From: an uncultured Oscillospiraceae bacterium
GTDB taxonomy: Bacteria > Bacillota > Clostridia > Oscillospirales > Ruminococcaceae
Assembly (NCBI GenBank): GCA_910584715.1
Contig: CAJUAN010000010.1
Coordinates: forward strand, 13,496 to 77,495
Length of the DNA stretch: 64,000 nt
Reading direction: 5' to 3'
Part shown: in pieces, positions 44,682-53,790 of the stretch
Position numbering within the stretch: position 1 is the stretch's first letter
Layout of the letters: the number at the start of each line of letters is the position of its first letter
Position numbers and translations under genes: made by a program
The notes under the pieces: model-generated
What the model was told of the DNA's origin: nothing
The model's input: only the letters and a program-made list of their open reading frames with translations
Databases searched by the model: none

Positions 44682-45322
44682 GCTGTCACCTCTGTTACGG
44701 AAGTGTTTTCAATCCGGAATTTTTTAGTGCAGAGGGACTCAATGTCCTCCGCGATATGGCTTGCGATAACTATTGTAGCGCCCGCACCGTTCAGCTCTCT
44801 GAAAAGCTCCCGCACAAGCCCCACGGAACGGTCGTCCAGGCTGTTCATTGGTTCGTCCAGCACAAGCAGCTCGGGCTTGTTCATCACCGCCTGGATTATC
44901 CCCAGCTTCTGACGCATACCCAGCGAATAGGACTTCACGGGACGGCGGTTCCCCGGGTCAAGTTCCAGCCGCTCCATCAGGTCGGCTATCTCCTCCGCGG
45001 GTACCGGGTCTGCGCTCATGGCGTTGAGTATTTTCAAATTTTTCAGTCCGCTGTAGTGGGGTATAAAGCCGGGGGTCTCTATCATGACCCCGAGTGAATC
45101 GGGAAACTTCCGCCTGGCGTTAAAGTTCTCGCCGCCCACGGTTATCTCTCCCGAATCGGGTACCATAAGTCCCGTCATAAGCTTGAAGACAACGGTTTTT
45201 CCGCTGCCGTTCCTGCCCACAAAGCCGCATATCCCGCCCTTTTCTATCCCAAAGCTTACAGCTTTCAGTACTGTGTTCCCGCCGAAGCTTTTGCTTACGT
45301 CCCTGAATCGTATGTAGCTCAT
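44678..45322 (-). CDS. ABC transporter ATP-binding protein (small, immunity/ABC-2 type)
   Basis: Walker A GRNGSGKT, signature YSLGMRQKLGIIQAV, Walker B LVLDEPMNSLD. 214 aa. Confidence 0.88.
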   Translation of the reverse strand: MSYIRFRDVSKSFGGNTVLKAVSFGIEKGGICGFVGRNGSGKTVVFKLMTGLMVPDSGEITVGGENFNARRKFPDSLGVMIETPGFIPHYSGLKNLKILNAMSADPVPAEEIADLMERLELDPGNRRPVKSYSLGMRQKLGIIQAVMNKPELLVLDEPMNSLDDRSVGLVRELFRELNGAGATIVIASHIAEDIESLCTKKFRIENTSVTEVTA

Positions 45323-45420
45323 TTAATATTCCTTTCAGTATAATTTGATTTGCGATATACTTATAGTTAGCCTGCAAAGCGTACTGTTAAAAAAGAGGTA
45401 AAGCTGCAGCAATACCCCCG

Positions 45421-45987
45421 TTAGTCCGTATCAACTTCTATCTGCTCCTCTTTGTTTTCGAGAGCATAGCCCAGCACCCTGCGGTAAAATTCCGCCGGGT
45501 CGAGCATGATTTTTTCCCTGATAAGCTCAGCTTGTTCCTTGTCAGGAGCGTACAGGCTTATCCGCATAAGGTCGTAGTTTGTATCGCCGATACGGCACCG
45601 CACCTCGCAGCCGTTGTCCGTTTCCGCAATATTCGTATCCGCGGAGCTTTCTCTTTCCAGCCGCGCAAAATAGCTTAACGCCGCTTTCAGTATCTCCTTG
45701 CGGAAATAAAGCGGAACGGTGTCGTTGAAGTAATCCGCGCCGAAGCGTCCCTTTTCGGTGGGCTCTATATAGACCTTTCCGTCCCTTTCGGTACGGGTGA
45801 GGGAACCGTTTTTCAGCAGTCCCTCCAAAGCCTCGCTGTAATAAAAGTAGTTTATAACGCCGCTTTCCTCGGCGATCTCGTAAAGCTGCTCTTCTGTGAC
45901 CGGCTGCTTTAAGCGGTCGAGCAAATAACATATGAGTACTCTGACGCGGTGTGCGGAGTTAAGCTCCGCGGAATTGTAGTCGTTCAT
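45421..45987 (-). CDS. DUF4364-family (winged-helix-like) protein
   Basis: ATG at 45987 has GGAG 7 nt upstream; the track start at 46020 is a TTG. The N-terminal pattern RVRVLICYLLDRLKQPVTEEQLYEI..YFYYSEALEGLLKNGSL recalls clostridial DUF4364 proteins, from memory. Confidence 0.6.
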   Translation of the reverse strand: MNDYNSAELNSAHRVRVLICYLLDRLKQPVTEEQLYEIAEESGVINYFYYSEALEGLLKNGSLTRTERDGKVYIEPTEKGRFGADYFNDTVPLYFRKEILKAALSYFARLERESSADTNIAETDNGCEVRCRIGDTNYDLMRISLYAPDKEQAELIREKIMLDPAEFYRRVLGYALENKEEQIEVDTD

Positions 45988-46016
45988 AAAAGCTCCGTAT
46001 TGGAATAATATTGGGT

Positions 46017-46754
46017 TCAAAGCATACTATCTATTTTTCTCGTACCCTTGGGAGGGGGAGAATCTATTGAAAGTTCGTCCATTTCCATGGGTAGAGGAAG
46101 CGTTTTTTCATCGGAATCCGTATTGTCCTCAGTTTCCTTGGCTTCCTTTCTCAGACGTTTTTGGTACTCGCTCTGGTGATATCTCAGCCCCAGAGAATTT
46201 GACATAGCTTTCGGTTCGTTTATCATTTCAATGAAATCGGGGTATCCGTCCTGGAGTGACAGATAGTCAAGCTCCCTGTAGAGCCTGCGTACAAAATCTT
46301 CCAGCCACATTCCGTAGCAGCCGTATGCGAGCGCATACAGTCCGAAGGGTATTGTAAACGAGCCTGTAAACATGCCGATAAGACTTCCCGCAGTTCCCGC
46401 GGCGTACAACCCGAAAAGCACATAATGCGGCTTGCGGGCTTTGAAAAAATGCGCCGCCGCAGTTATCGCCGTGACAAGAAAAAGATACCCTATAAACAGG
46501 TACGGCACAGTCATGGGATTTGCCTGCTTTTCAATTACCTCGCCTGTCATAATGTTCCTGAGCATTCTGTCAGCGAAGTCTGCCGCTTTGCCTATAATAT
46601 TCAGGATAGCCGAAAAAGCATAATACAGCGTCATAAATGCAAACGCAGCTCCCGACGGGATAATACCCGCCCAGAACGAAAATTTGAAGTGCTTCTGCAA
46701 TTTCTTGTAGCGGTAATGATTAGCCTTGAAAAGCTCGTCGCGCCTTGAGGACAT
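46017..46754 (-). CDS. Integral membrane protein of unknown function
   Basis: 245 aa, about 4 TM helices and an acidic C-terminal tail. Starts 14 nt after the aroC stop. Confidence 0.6.
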   Translation of the reverse strand: MSSRRDELFKANHYRYKKLQKHFKFSFWAGIIPSGAAFAFMTLYYAFSAILNIIGKAADFADRMLRNIMTGEVIEKQANPMTVPYLFIGYLFLVTAITAAAHFFKARKPHYVLFGLYAAGTAGSLIGMFTGSFTIPFGLYALAYGCYGMWLEDFVRRLYRELDYLSLQDGYPDFIEMINEPKAMSNSLGLRYHQSEYQKRLRKEAKETEDNTDSDEKTLPLPMEMDELSIDSPPPKGTRKIDSML

Positions 46755-46768
46755 AATATACCTCCAAA

Positions 46769-47860
46769 TCAGAAGTTCGGATAATCAAGCATATGCGAGA
46801 GAATAGCAATATTTGCCGCCGCCTCCACGCAGGGCACCGCTCTGGGAACGACGCAGGGGTCGTGTCTGCCCTTGATCTCCAGGGTCTCGTTGGTAAGGGA
46901 GCTTATGTTGACGGTCTCCTGGGGTCTCGCTATGGACGGCGTGGGCTTGAACGCGACTCTGAAAACTATGGGCATTCCCGAGGATATACCGCCAAGTATG
47001 CCGCCGTGATTGTTTGTTTTAGTCAGAACGTGACCGTGGCCGTCCACATAAAATTCGTCGTTGTTCTGGCTGCCCAGCATTTCAGCCGCCTTGAAGCCCG
47101 CGCCGAACTCTATGCCCTTGACCGCGGGTATGCCGAAAACAAGCTGGGCGATGCTGTTTTCAAGTCCCTCGAAAATGGGAGAGCCTATTCCCGCCGGAAC
47201 ATTGGTGACAACGCATTCAACAACGCCGCCGAGACTGTCCAGGCTTTCACGAGCCTTGGCGATGTCCTCAACCATAGCCGCGCCCTTTTTATCGTTAAGT
47301 ACCGGGAATTTCTTGTGCCTGAGCGCAACTATGTCCTCTTTGGAAACCCCGCAGGGATCAAACTGCTTGTCCTTGATATTGTGTACCTGCAAAATATGCG
47401 CGCCGGTGTAGATGCCCCTGCGCTCCAGTACCTGACCGCATACCGCCCCCGCAAAGCAGAGGGGAGCCGTAAGCCTGCCGGAGAAATGCCCCCCGCCGCG
47501 GACGTCGTTGAAGCCCTTGTAGCGGAGCGCGCCCGTATAGTCCGCGTGACCAGGACGTGCAAGCTTGGAGATGTTGCCGTAATCCTGCGAATGGGTGTCG
47601 CTGTTATTTATGAACGCAGCAACGGGAGTACCCGTGGTGTAGCCGTTATAGATACCCGACAGGATGTTGGGCATATCGGCTTCCCGCCTGTGGGTAGAGG
47701 TCGCGTCGTTCTTGGGTGCGCGCCTGTTCATAAAGCAGCGCAGCTCCTCCGGGTCGATATGCTCACCGGGGGGGAGCTTGTCAAGCACCACTCCGATAGC
47801 GGGACCGTGGGATTCTCCGAAAATTGATATCGTAAGATTGTGGTTCCAGAATGAAGACAT
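46769..47860 (-). CDS. aroC: Chorismate synthase
   Basis: N-terminus LTISIFGESHGPAIGVVLD, GRHDPCVVPRAVP and end-to-end family pattern. Confidence 0.92.
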   Translation of the reverse strand: MSSFWNHNLTISIFGESHGPAIGVVLDKLPPGEHIDPEELRCFMNRRAPKNDATSTHRREADMPNILSGIYNGYTTGTPVAAFINNSDTHSQDYGNISKLARPGHADYTGALRYKGFNDVRGGGHFSGRLTAPLCFAGAVCGQVLERRGIYTGAHILQVHNIKDKQFDPCGVSKEDIVALRHKKFPVLNDKKGAAMVEDIAKARESLDSLGGVVECVVTNVPAGIGSPIFEGLENSIAQLVFGIPAVKGIEFGAGFKAAEMLGSQNNDEFYVDGHGHVLTKTNNHGGILGGISSGMPIVFRVAFKPTPSIARPQETVNISSLTNETLEIKGRHDPCVVPRAVPCVEAAANIAILSHMLDYPNF

Positions 47861-47914
47861 TTTATTCGATCAGTCCTTTCCTGATAGAAATTGGATATTA
47901 GAAGCCGTCAGAAG

Positions 47915-49180
47915 TCATGTTCTTTCAAATTCGACGTTCCCGCCGAGAGAAGCGAAATCCGTCCAGAAATCGGGATAGCTTTTCGCCACGGCTTCCGCGC
48001 CGGTAACGGTTATCTCGCCGTCAGCCATGGTTGACGCTATCGCGGACGCCATAACTATCCTGTGGTCGTTGCAGCCGTCTATTACCCCGCCGTGAAAGCG
48101 CTCCACGGGCTCTATCTCAAGGGAATCCTCCCCGACGGAGATCTTCCCGCCGATATTTCCCAGCGCTGAGGCTATCGCTTCAAGACGGTCGCTTTCCTTT
48201 ATTTTCAGGCGTTTCGCGCCCGTAATGCGGCTCGTCCCGTCGGTAAAGCAGCCCAGCACGGCAAGTACGGGAACAAGGTCGGGAATATCGGAAACGTCCG
48301 CCGTAAACGCGGGAAGTCTCTTTACGCCCGTACCGTTTATCTTATTATAGCCTATACCGCCGATAATTTCAAGTATCTTTTTATCTCCCTGCACGGAATT
48401 TTCGCTGAGGTTGTCCACCTGCACCTCCGAGCCGAGAGCGTTGGCGACGAAGTAAAACGCCGCCTGGGAGTAGTCCCCCTCCACGGAAACGTCCGCGCTG
48501 CGGTACTTCTGACCGCCTCTTATGCGGTAAACGGGCAGACCGTCCTTGTCCTCGTTTTCGTCAATATTTATCCCGAAGCGGGACAGGGCTTCAACGGTCA
48601 TATCCGCGTAGGGCTTGGATTCCAGCCTTGAGGCAAGTCTTATAACGGAATTTCCGCTGCACAGGGGAAGCGCGAAAAGCAGTCCCGAAATGAACTGGGA
48701 GGAAATGTCCCCCTCTAAAACATAGTCGCCGCCTTTAAGGGTACCGTTCATGGTAAAGGGCATTACACCCTCGGTCTTGGTGATGACCGCGCCGTTTTTG
48801 CCCAGCTCCCTTATGTAGGGGGTTATAGGTCTTTCGGGGAGCTTTCCCCTTCCGTGAAACTCGCAGGAGCAGCCCAGAGCCGCGGCTATTGGTATGATAA
48901 ATCTCATGGTGGAGCCGCTTTCACGGCAGTCGATAACAGCCGAGGCGGCGGGGGTCTTTATTCCCATTACAGTGTAAGTATTTCCCTCGCGGAAAATTTT
49001 CGCTCCAAGAGCGGTAAGCGCGCCGACAGTAGCGTCGATGTCCTCGGAAGCGCTTATATTCGATATCTCGGAAACTCCTCCCGCAAGCGCCGCCGCAATA
49101 AGCATACGGTGTGAAAAGCTTTTCGAGGACGGCGCGTTCACTCTGCCTATAAGCTTTGACGGTTTGATCCTAACATTCAT
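47915..49180 (-). CDS. aroA: 3-phosphoshikimate 1-carboxyvinyltransferase (EPSP synthase)
   Basis: APSSKSFSHRMLIAAALA, GNSGTxxR-equivalent CRESGSTMRFI, DHRIVMASAIA. Confidence 0.92.
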   Translation of the reverse strand: MNVRIKPSKLIGRVNAPSSKSFSHRMLIAAALAGGVSEISNISASEDIDATVGALTALGAKIFREGNTYTVMGIKTPAASAVIDCRESGSTMRFIIPIAAALGCSCEFHGRGKLPERPITPYIRELGKNGAVITKTEGVMPFTMNGTLKGGDYVLEGDISSQFISGLLFALPLCSGNSVIRLASRLESKPYADMTVEALSRFGINIDENEDKDGLPVYRIRGGQKYRSADVSVEGDYSQAAFYFVANALGSEVQVDNLSENSVQGDKKILEIIGGIGYNKINGTGVKRLPAFTADVSDIPDLVPVLAVLGCFTDGTSRITGAKRLKIKESDRLEAIASALGNIGGKISVGEDSLEIEPVERFHGGVIDGCNDHRIVMASAIASTMADGEITVTGAEAVAKSYPDFWTDFASLGGNVEFERT

Positions 49181-49264
49181 AAACTGACAGCTTTCCGTCT
49201 TTGAAAATTTTGCTGACGGAAAACAAGTCCTCCTTTCCGAATATGGTTCAGGTTTAATATTTAT

Positions 49265-50356
49265 TCATTCGGAAGCCTCGGAAAGCATTGCGAAAAAGCT
49301 TTCCACAGGCATTTTTTTTATCATGGACGCTCCCACGTCGCAGCATACTATAACATTTATCGTATCGCCGAAACGCTTCTTGTCGTTCAGGCAAGCGCTT
49401 CCGAGCTGCTCCGGAGTCGGCTCCACGGACACGTTCAGACCGTATCCGTCAAGACATTTTGCAAGTCTTTCGCATGTGCCCTTTTCCGCGAGCATATGCC
49501 TTTCGGCAATACCGGTTATCATTTTCATGCCCGCCGCCACTGCCTGTCCGTGGGTTATGCCGGTGTAATTGTAGTACTGCTCTATTGAGTGTCCCAGCGT
49601 GTGACCGAAATTCAGCTTCATTCTTTCTCCGGTGTCAAACTCGTCCGCCTGAACAACGTCACGCTTTATGGCGACGTTTCGGGCGATAACGTCCTCCAGC
49701 ACGTCCTTGTTTTCGCGGAGGGTCTTCAAGTCATATTTTTCCAGCAGTTCAAACAGCTTTGCGGATTTTATCATTCCGTGCTTCACAACTTCGCCCATTC
49801 CGTCGGTGAAAAATTCGTCGGGCAGAGTATCCAGCGCGTCGATATCGCACAGCACAAGCTTAGGCTGCTTAAAAGCTCCCACAAGATTTTTTCCTCCCGC
49901 AAGATCCACCGCGGTCTTTCCTCCCACGGAGGAATCCACCTGAGCCAGAAGCGTTGTGGGTATTTGGACAAAATCCATGCCGCGCAGGTAGGTCGCCGCC
50001 GCGAAGCCGGTCATATCGCCGGTTACGCCGCCGCCCAGAGCCGCAAGACAGTCGCTTCGGCTGAAGCTGTTCTCGCACAGAAAATTCCATATCTTAACAA
50101 GCGTGTCGGTATTCTTGGACTGCTCCCCGTGGGGAAAAACAAATCTGCACACCGAAAAGCCCGCGCTTTCAAGGGATTTCTGCACCGCGTCTCCGTAAAG
50201 AGCGTTTACGTTGTCGTCGGTTATCAGACCTATCTTTTCCGCTTGGGAGACCTCTTTGACATAGCTTCCGCACTCGGACAGAAGCCCCCTGCCCACAAGC
50301 ACGTCGTAGACTCCCGAAGCCTTTACGGTTATTCTTTCAATTTTGGAACTTGTCAT
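49265..50356 (-). CDS. aroB: 3-dehydroquinate synthase
   Basis: ALGGGVTGDMTGFAAATYLRGMDFVQIPTTLLAQVDSSVGGKTAVD and FGHTLGHSIE metal-site motifs. Confidence 0.92.
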   Translation of the reverse strand: MTSSKIERITVKASGVYDVLVGRGLLSECGSYVKEVSQAEKIGLITDDNVNALYGDAVQKSLESAGFSVCRFVFPHGEQSKNTDTLVKIWNFLCENSFSRSDCLAALGGGVTGDMTGFAAATYLRGMDFVQIPTTLLAQVDSSVGGKTAVDLAGGKNLVGAFKQPKLVLCDIDALDTLPDEFFTDGMGEVVKHGMIKSAKLFELLEKYDLKTLRENKDVLEDVIARNVAIKRDVVQADEFDTGERMKLNFGHTLGHSIEQYYNYTGITHGQAVAAGMKMITGIAERHMLAEKGTCERLAKCLDGYGLNVSVEPTPEQLGSACLNDKKRFGDTINVIVCCDVGASMIKKMPVESFFAMLSEASE

Positions 50357-50395
50357 AAAATCAGACTCCGATCCTCGGTTTAAATGGGTCAGGGA

Positions 50396-51409
50396 TTAGC
50401 CTACAGTCCTGCCAAAGTATTCCGCAAGACCTTTTACCTTTTTCATGATATCCGCAAATTTATCGGGAGTAAGCTGCTGACCGCCGTCGGAAAGCGCGCT
50501 CTTGGGGTCGCAGTGAACTTCGATCTCGAGAGCGTCCGCACCCGCGGCAACAGCTGCAAGAGACATGGATTCGATAAGCGAAACGATTCCCGTTGCGTGT
50601 GAGGGATCGACGCATACCGGCAGGTGGGACTTCTGCTTGAGAAGCGGCACAGCCGATATATCAAGGGTATTTCTTGTCATTGTCTCAAAGGTGCGTATGC
50701 CTCTTTCGCAGAGAATAACGTTCATATTGCCGCCCGCCATGATGTACTCCGCGGACATGAGGAGCTCCTCTAAAGTGTTTGCCAGACCGCGCTTGAGCAG
50801 TATGGGCTTGTCGCACTGTCCCAGAGCTTTAAGAAGCTTGAAGTTCTGCATATTTCTCGCGCCTACCTGGATGACGTCCACGTCCGCGAAAAGGTCAAGG
50901 TCGGCTATGCTCATAATTTCGGTAACTATAGGCAGACCGGTTTCCTGCCTTGCTTTGAGGAGAAGCTTAATGCCCTCGCCCTCCAGTCCCTGAAAGGAAT
51001 AGGGGGACGTTCTCGGCTTGAACGCGCCGCCGCGGAGCATTGTGGCTCCCGCTTCCTTGCAGGCAATGGCGGTTGTGATTATCTGCTCCTCGTTTTCCAC
51101 GGAGCATGGCCCCGCCATTATTTGCAGCGAACCGTTTCCGATTAGCCTGTCCTTTACGGGGATAACGGTATCGTCGGGGTGGAATTTTCGGTTTGCCTTT
51201 TTGTAGGGCTCCTGAACTCTGCGGACGCTTTCAACGCAGTCCTGCGCCATAAGGTTTTCAACGTCCACAACGGAGGTGTCTCCAACAAGACCGATAATGT
51301 TCTGGTTCGCACCCTCGATGTGGTTGGGGCTTATGCCCTTGGCTTTGAGAGCGTCCTCCAGTCTGCGTACCGATTCAGCCTGCGCGTCTTTTCTGAGAAT
51401 AATGATCAT
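50396..51409 (-). CDS. aroF: 3-deoxy-7-phosphoheptulonate (DAHP) synthase, type I-beta, with an N-terminal regulatory-like domain
   Basis: GGAGGAA RBS. KDO8P/DAHP I-beta pattern (AGPCSVE..., LRGGAFKPRTSPY, VCVDPSH). An extra ~70 aa at the N-terminus. Confidence 0.88.
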   Translation of the reverse strand: MIIILRKDAQAESVRRLEDALKAKGISPNHIEGANQNIIGLVGDTSVVDVENLMAQDCVESVRRVQEPYKKANRKFHPDDTVIPVKDRLIGNGSLQIMAGPCSVENEEQIITTAIACKEAGATMLRGGAFKPRTSPYSFQGLEGEGIKLLLKARQETGLPIVTEIMSIADLDLFADVDVIQVGARNMQNFKLLKALGQCDKPILLKRGLANTLEELLMSAEYIMAGGNMNVILCERGIRTFETMTRNTLDISAVPLLKQKSHLPVCVDPSHATGIVSLIESMSLAAVAAGADALEIEVHCDPKSALSDGGQQLTPDKFADIMKKVKGLAEYFGRTVG

Positions 51410-51428
51410 TTTTATTTCCTCCGGATAT

Positions 51429-52463
51429 TTATTTTTCTACAACCGTAACGTCGGGAAGCTGTTCCTTAAAGGCTTGAAGCTCCTCTTCGGGTATGTTGGT
51501 GTTCTCGATATAAAGCTTTTTGAGGTTAACAAGATTTGTCAGCGGCTTAATGTTTGTCACGGGATTCCCTCCAAGCTTTATCCAGCCAAGGGAGGTCAGG
51601 GACATAAGGGGTTCCACGTCGGATACCTTGTTGTTTTCAAGATATATTTCGGACAGATCCGCCATGTTCATTACGGGAGTAATGTCCGTAACGCCGTTGT
51701 TCTGCAAATGCAGTCTTTCAATCTGCTTCATTCCGCTGAGGGCGGAAATGTCGGTAATGCTGTTGTCGTTGAGCCTCAGCAGGGTAATGTTCCGCAGTCC
51801 CGCAAGGGGTTTTATATCGGACACTCTGTTTTCGGAAACGTCAAGCACCTTCAGCGCTGTGAGGCTTTCCAGCGGGGACACGTCGGTAATGTTGTTGGAT
51901 CTGAGATAAAGATCCTCCAGCGATACCAGTCCGGCGATAGGGGAAAGGTCGCTTATGTGGTTCTTGAACAGGGAAAGCGTTTTCAGTCCCGTGAGACCTT
52001 TCAGCGGAGTCAGATCTGTAAGCTCGTTCTGGTAAATGTGAAGTTCCGTAAGGTTTACCATATATTTCAGTTCGACTATATCTTCGTCGGTGAGTCCCAT
52101 ATTATTAAGGGTAAGCGACGTGAGGGACGTGCTGTACTCCTGACCGCGTATCATAATAGTTTCGGGCAGGTCGGCCATTATCTCCTCTTTGATAGCTGCG
52201 GCTTCACTGACAGCGGGGTTGTCCCTGCCGAGGAGAAAATCCGACTTGTTCCTGAACTGAACGTTGGGCATCGTTTCCGCTTTCAGGGATTCGACCTGGC
52301 TTTCAAGCTCGCTTATGCGGGATTCATAGCCCGCCTGATCGAAGCTGTTCCCCGCGTCTGCGGACGCTTCGTCCTTATTGCACGCGGAAAATGCGGCCGC
52401 AGCCGTACACACCGCGCAGATAAAAGAAAACGTTGTTTTAAGTTTAGATCGCATTACAGTCAT
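51429..52463 (-). CDS. Leucine-rich-repeat (internalin-like) lipoprotein
   Basis: Signal peptide and lipobox TAAAAFSAC. About ten 22-aa LRRs (L..L..L.L..N.I(S/T)D(I/L/V).PL). Confidence 0.85.
   Translation of the reverse strand: MTVMRSKLKTTFSFICAVCTAAAAFSACNKDEASADAGNSFDQAGYESRISELESQVESLKAETMPNVQFRNKSDFLLGRDNPAVSEAAAIKEEIMADLPETIMIRGQEYSTSLTSLTLNNMGLTDEDIVELKYMVNLTELHIYQNELTDLTPLKGLTGLKTLSLFKNHISDLSPIAGLVSLEDLYLRSNNITDVSPLESLTALKVLDVSENRVSDIKPLAGLRNITLLRLNDNSITDISALSGMKQIERLHLQNNGVTDITPVMNMADLSEIYLENNKVSDVEPLMSLTSLGWIKLGGNPVTNIKPLTNLVNLKKLYIENTNIPEEELQAFKEQLPDVTVVEK
51500..52165 (-). repeat. About ten tandem 66-nt units encoding the 22-aa LRRs
   Basis: Periodic LxxLxLxxNxIxDxxPL in the translation. 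The periodicity also keeps the spurious antisense ORF 51276-52499 open. Confidence 0.75.
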
Positions 52464-52598
52464 ATCCTTTCAAAGCGCGCAGGATCGCGCCTAAAATAAA
52501 AAAATCTGTGACAGTTTTGCCGCAGACAGTTTCAGACACTATGTTCACGCCGGACCACGGCATCCCGTATTTCAAAATCACAAAATAAATCCGTATTA

Positions 52599-52627
52599 AT
52601 TATATACTAAAACGCTCTGCTTGTCAA
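52599..52627 (-). promoter_or_regulatory. Consensus sigma-A promoter for the LRR-aroFBAC array
   Basis: On the minus strand: TTGACA(52627-52622), 17-nt spacer, TATAAT(52604-52599). Leader of about 125 nt. Confidence 0.6.
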
Positions 52628-52894
52628 GGATTTTTTTCAAAAAGCACGGCAAATACTTCAAAAATAAATTTCTGTGCAGCAAATCTTTGTTTTGCCGCGC
52701 GTCTGCACCGGGAAATCGCGTTCAGTGCGGGAGAGCGGCGCCGTTAGTCACTGTCGGCAAATCCCAGCTGCTGCAGCTGCTGCAGGTTTCGCCGAGCTTT
52801 TTCAGCGGAGACGCAAGAGCCTGCCGTAATGTTTGATTTTTGTTTATCCTGAAAAAGGACAAATGCGGTTTCGGCGGCGTTAATATTTTGGCTA

Positions 52895-52922
52895 TTGACA
52901 AAACGAGGCAATAGTGTATAAT
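52895..52922 (+). promoter_or_regulatory. Sigma-A promoter (extended -10) for coaX
   Basis: TTGACA(52895-52900), 16-nt spacer ending in TG, TATAAT(52917-52922). Confidence 0.55.
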
Positions 52923-52959
52923 TAATATCGGCAATACAAAACCAAAGGAGTGACTTCGC

Positions 52960-53727
52960 ATGATATTTACTGTTGACGCAGGGAACACAAATATCGTTCT
53001 CGGAGGGATCGAGAACGACAAGCTGCTGTTTCTTTCCCGCATAGCAACCCAAACCGCTCTTATGGCGGATGAGTATGCCGTCAAGTTCAGCGAGATACTT
53101 GCGCTTTACGGTTACTGCGCCGCGGATATAAACGGCGCGGCTATTTCAAGCGTTGTTACCCCTCTTACGCCGATTTTCAAACAGGCGGTAAAACGTCTTA
53201 CAAGCAGTAAGATCGTTACAGTGGGACCCGGCATTAAGACCGGAGTGAACATCAAGATCGACGATCCTGCCGCTCTTGGAGCGGATCTGGTCTGCGGAGC
53301 CGTGGGCGCAATGGAAAAGTACGATCCTCCCTGTATCATATTCGATCTGGGTACGGCTACCACCATTTCCGCTATCGACAGGAACAGGTTTTTCCTTGGC
53401 GGCTCTATAATCCCCGGAGTAAAGGTGTCCCTTAAAGCTCTCTCGTCAACAGCCGCGGCTCTTCCCGATATCAACACCGAGCTTTCGGGCGACGTGCTTA
53501 TCGGTACCAACACTGTGGACTGCATGAAATCGGGAAGCATTATCGGCACCGCGAGCATGATGGACGGCATGGCTGTGCGCTACAAGGAAGCCATAGGTCA
53601 GGACGCCGCCGTTATCGCCACGGGCGGACTTGCTTCCAGCATACTGCCGTTCTGCCGCGAAAAGTTCATACTTGACGAGACGCTGCTCATAGACGGTTTG
53701 TACGTACTGTATAAGAAAAATGCGTAA
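52960..53727 (+). CDS. coaX: Type III pantothenate kinase
   Basis: MIFTVDAGNTNIVLG N-terminus, DLGTATT, ATGGLA motifs. 255 aa. AAAGGAG RBS. Confidence 0.9.
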   Translation: MIFTVDAGNTNIVLGGIENDKLLFLSRIATQTALMADEYAVKFSEILALYGYCAADINGAAISSVVTPLTPIFKQAVKRLTSSKIVTVGPGIKTGVNIKIDDPAALGADLVCGAVGAMEKYDPPCIIFDLGTATTISAIDRNRFFLGGSIIPGVKVSLKALSSTAAALPDINTELSGDVLIGTNTVDCMKSGSIIGTASMMDGMAVRYKEAIGQDAAVIATGGLASSILPFCREKFILDETLLIDGLYVLYKKNA

Positions 53728-53790
53728 AAATCCGCATTGCCATATTACGCTGTATCCCGGGAAACGGGAACGGCAGTAGGAGGAATTTTT

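Noticed and set aside
46793-52499. Long plus-strand ORFs antisense to aroC (46793-47827), aroB (49589-50383) and the LRR gene (51276-52499, 407 aa).
   Set aside because: The opposite strand encodes textbook aro enzymes and a regular LRR array. The repeat periodicity keeps the antisense frame open. None has an RBS.
52464-52598. T-box-like fragment GCCGTGGTCCGGCG in the leader of the LRR-aro transcription unit.
   Set aside because: It is only a partial resemblance to the T-box sequence. The leader (about 125 nt) is too short. There is no specifier-loop context and no terminator hairpin; the downstream AAACTGTC elements are direct repeats, not inverted ones.
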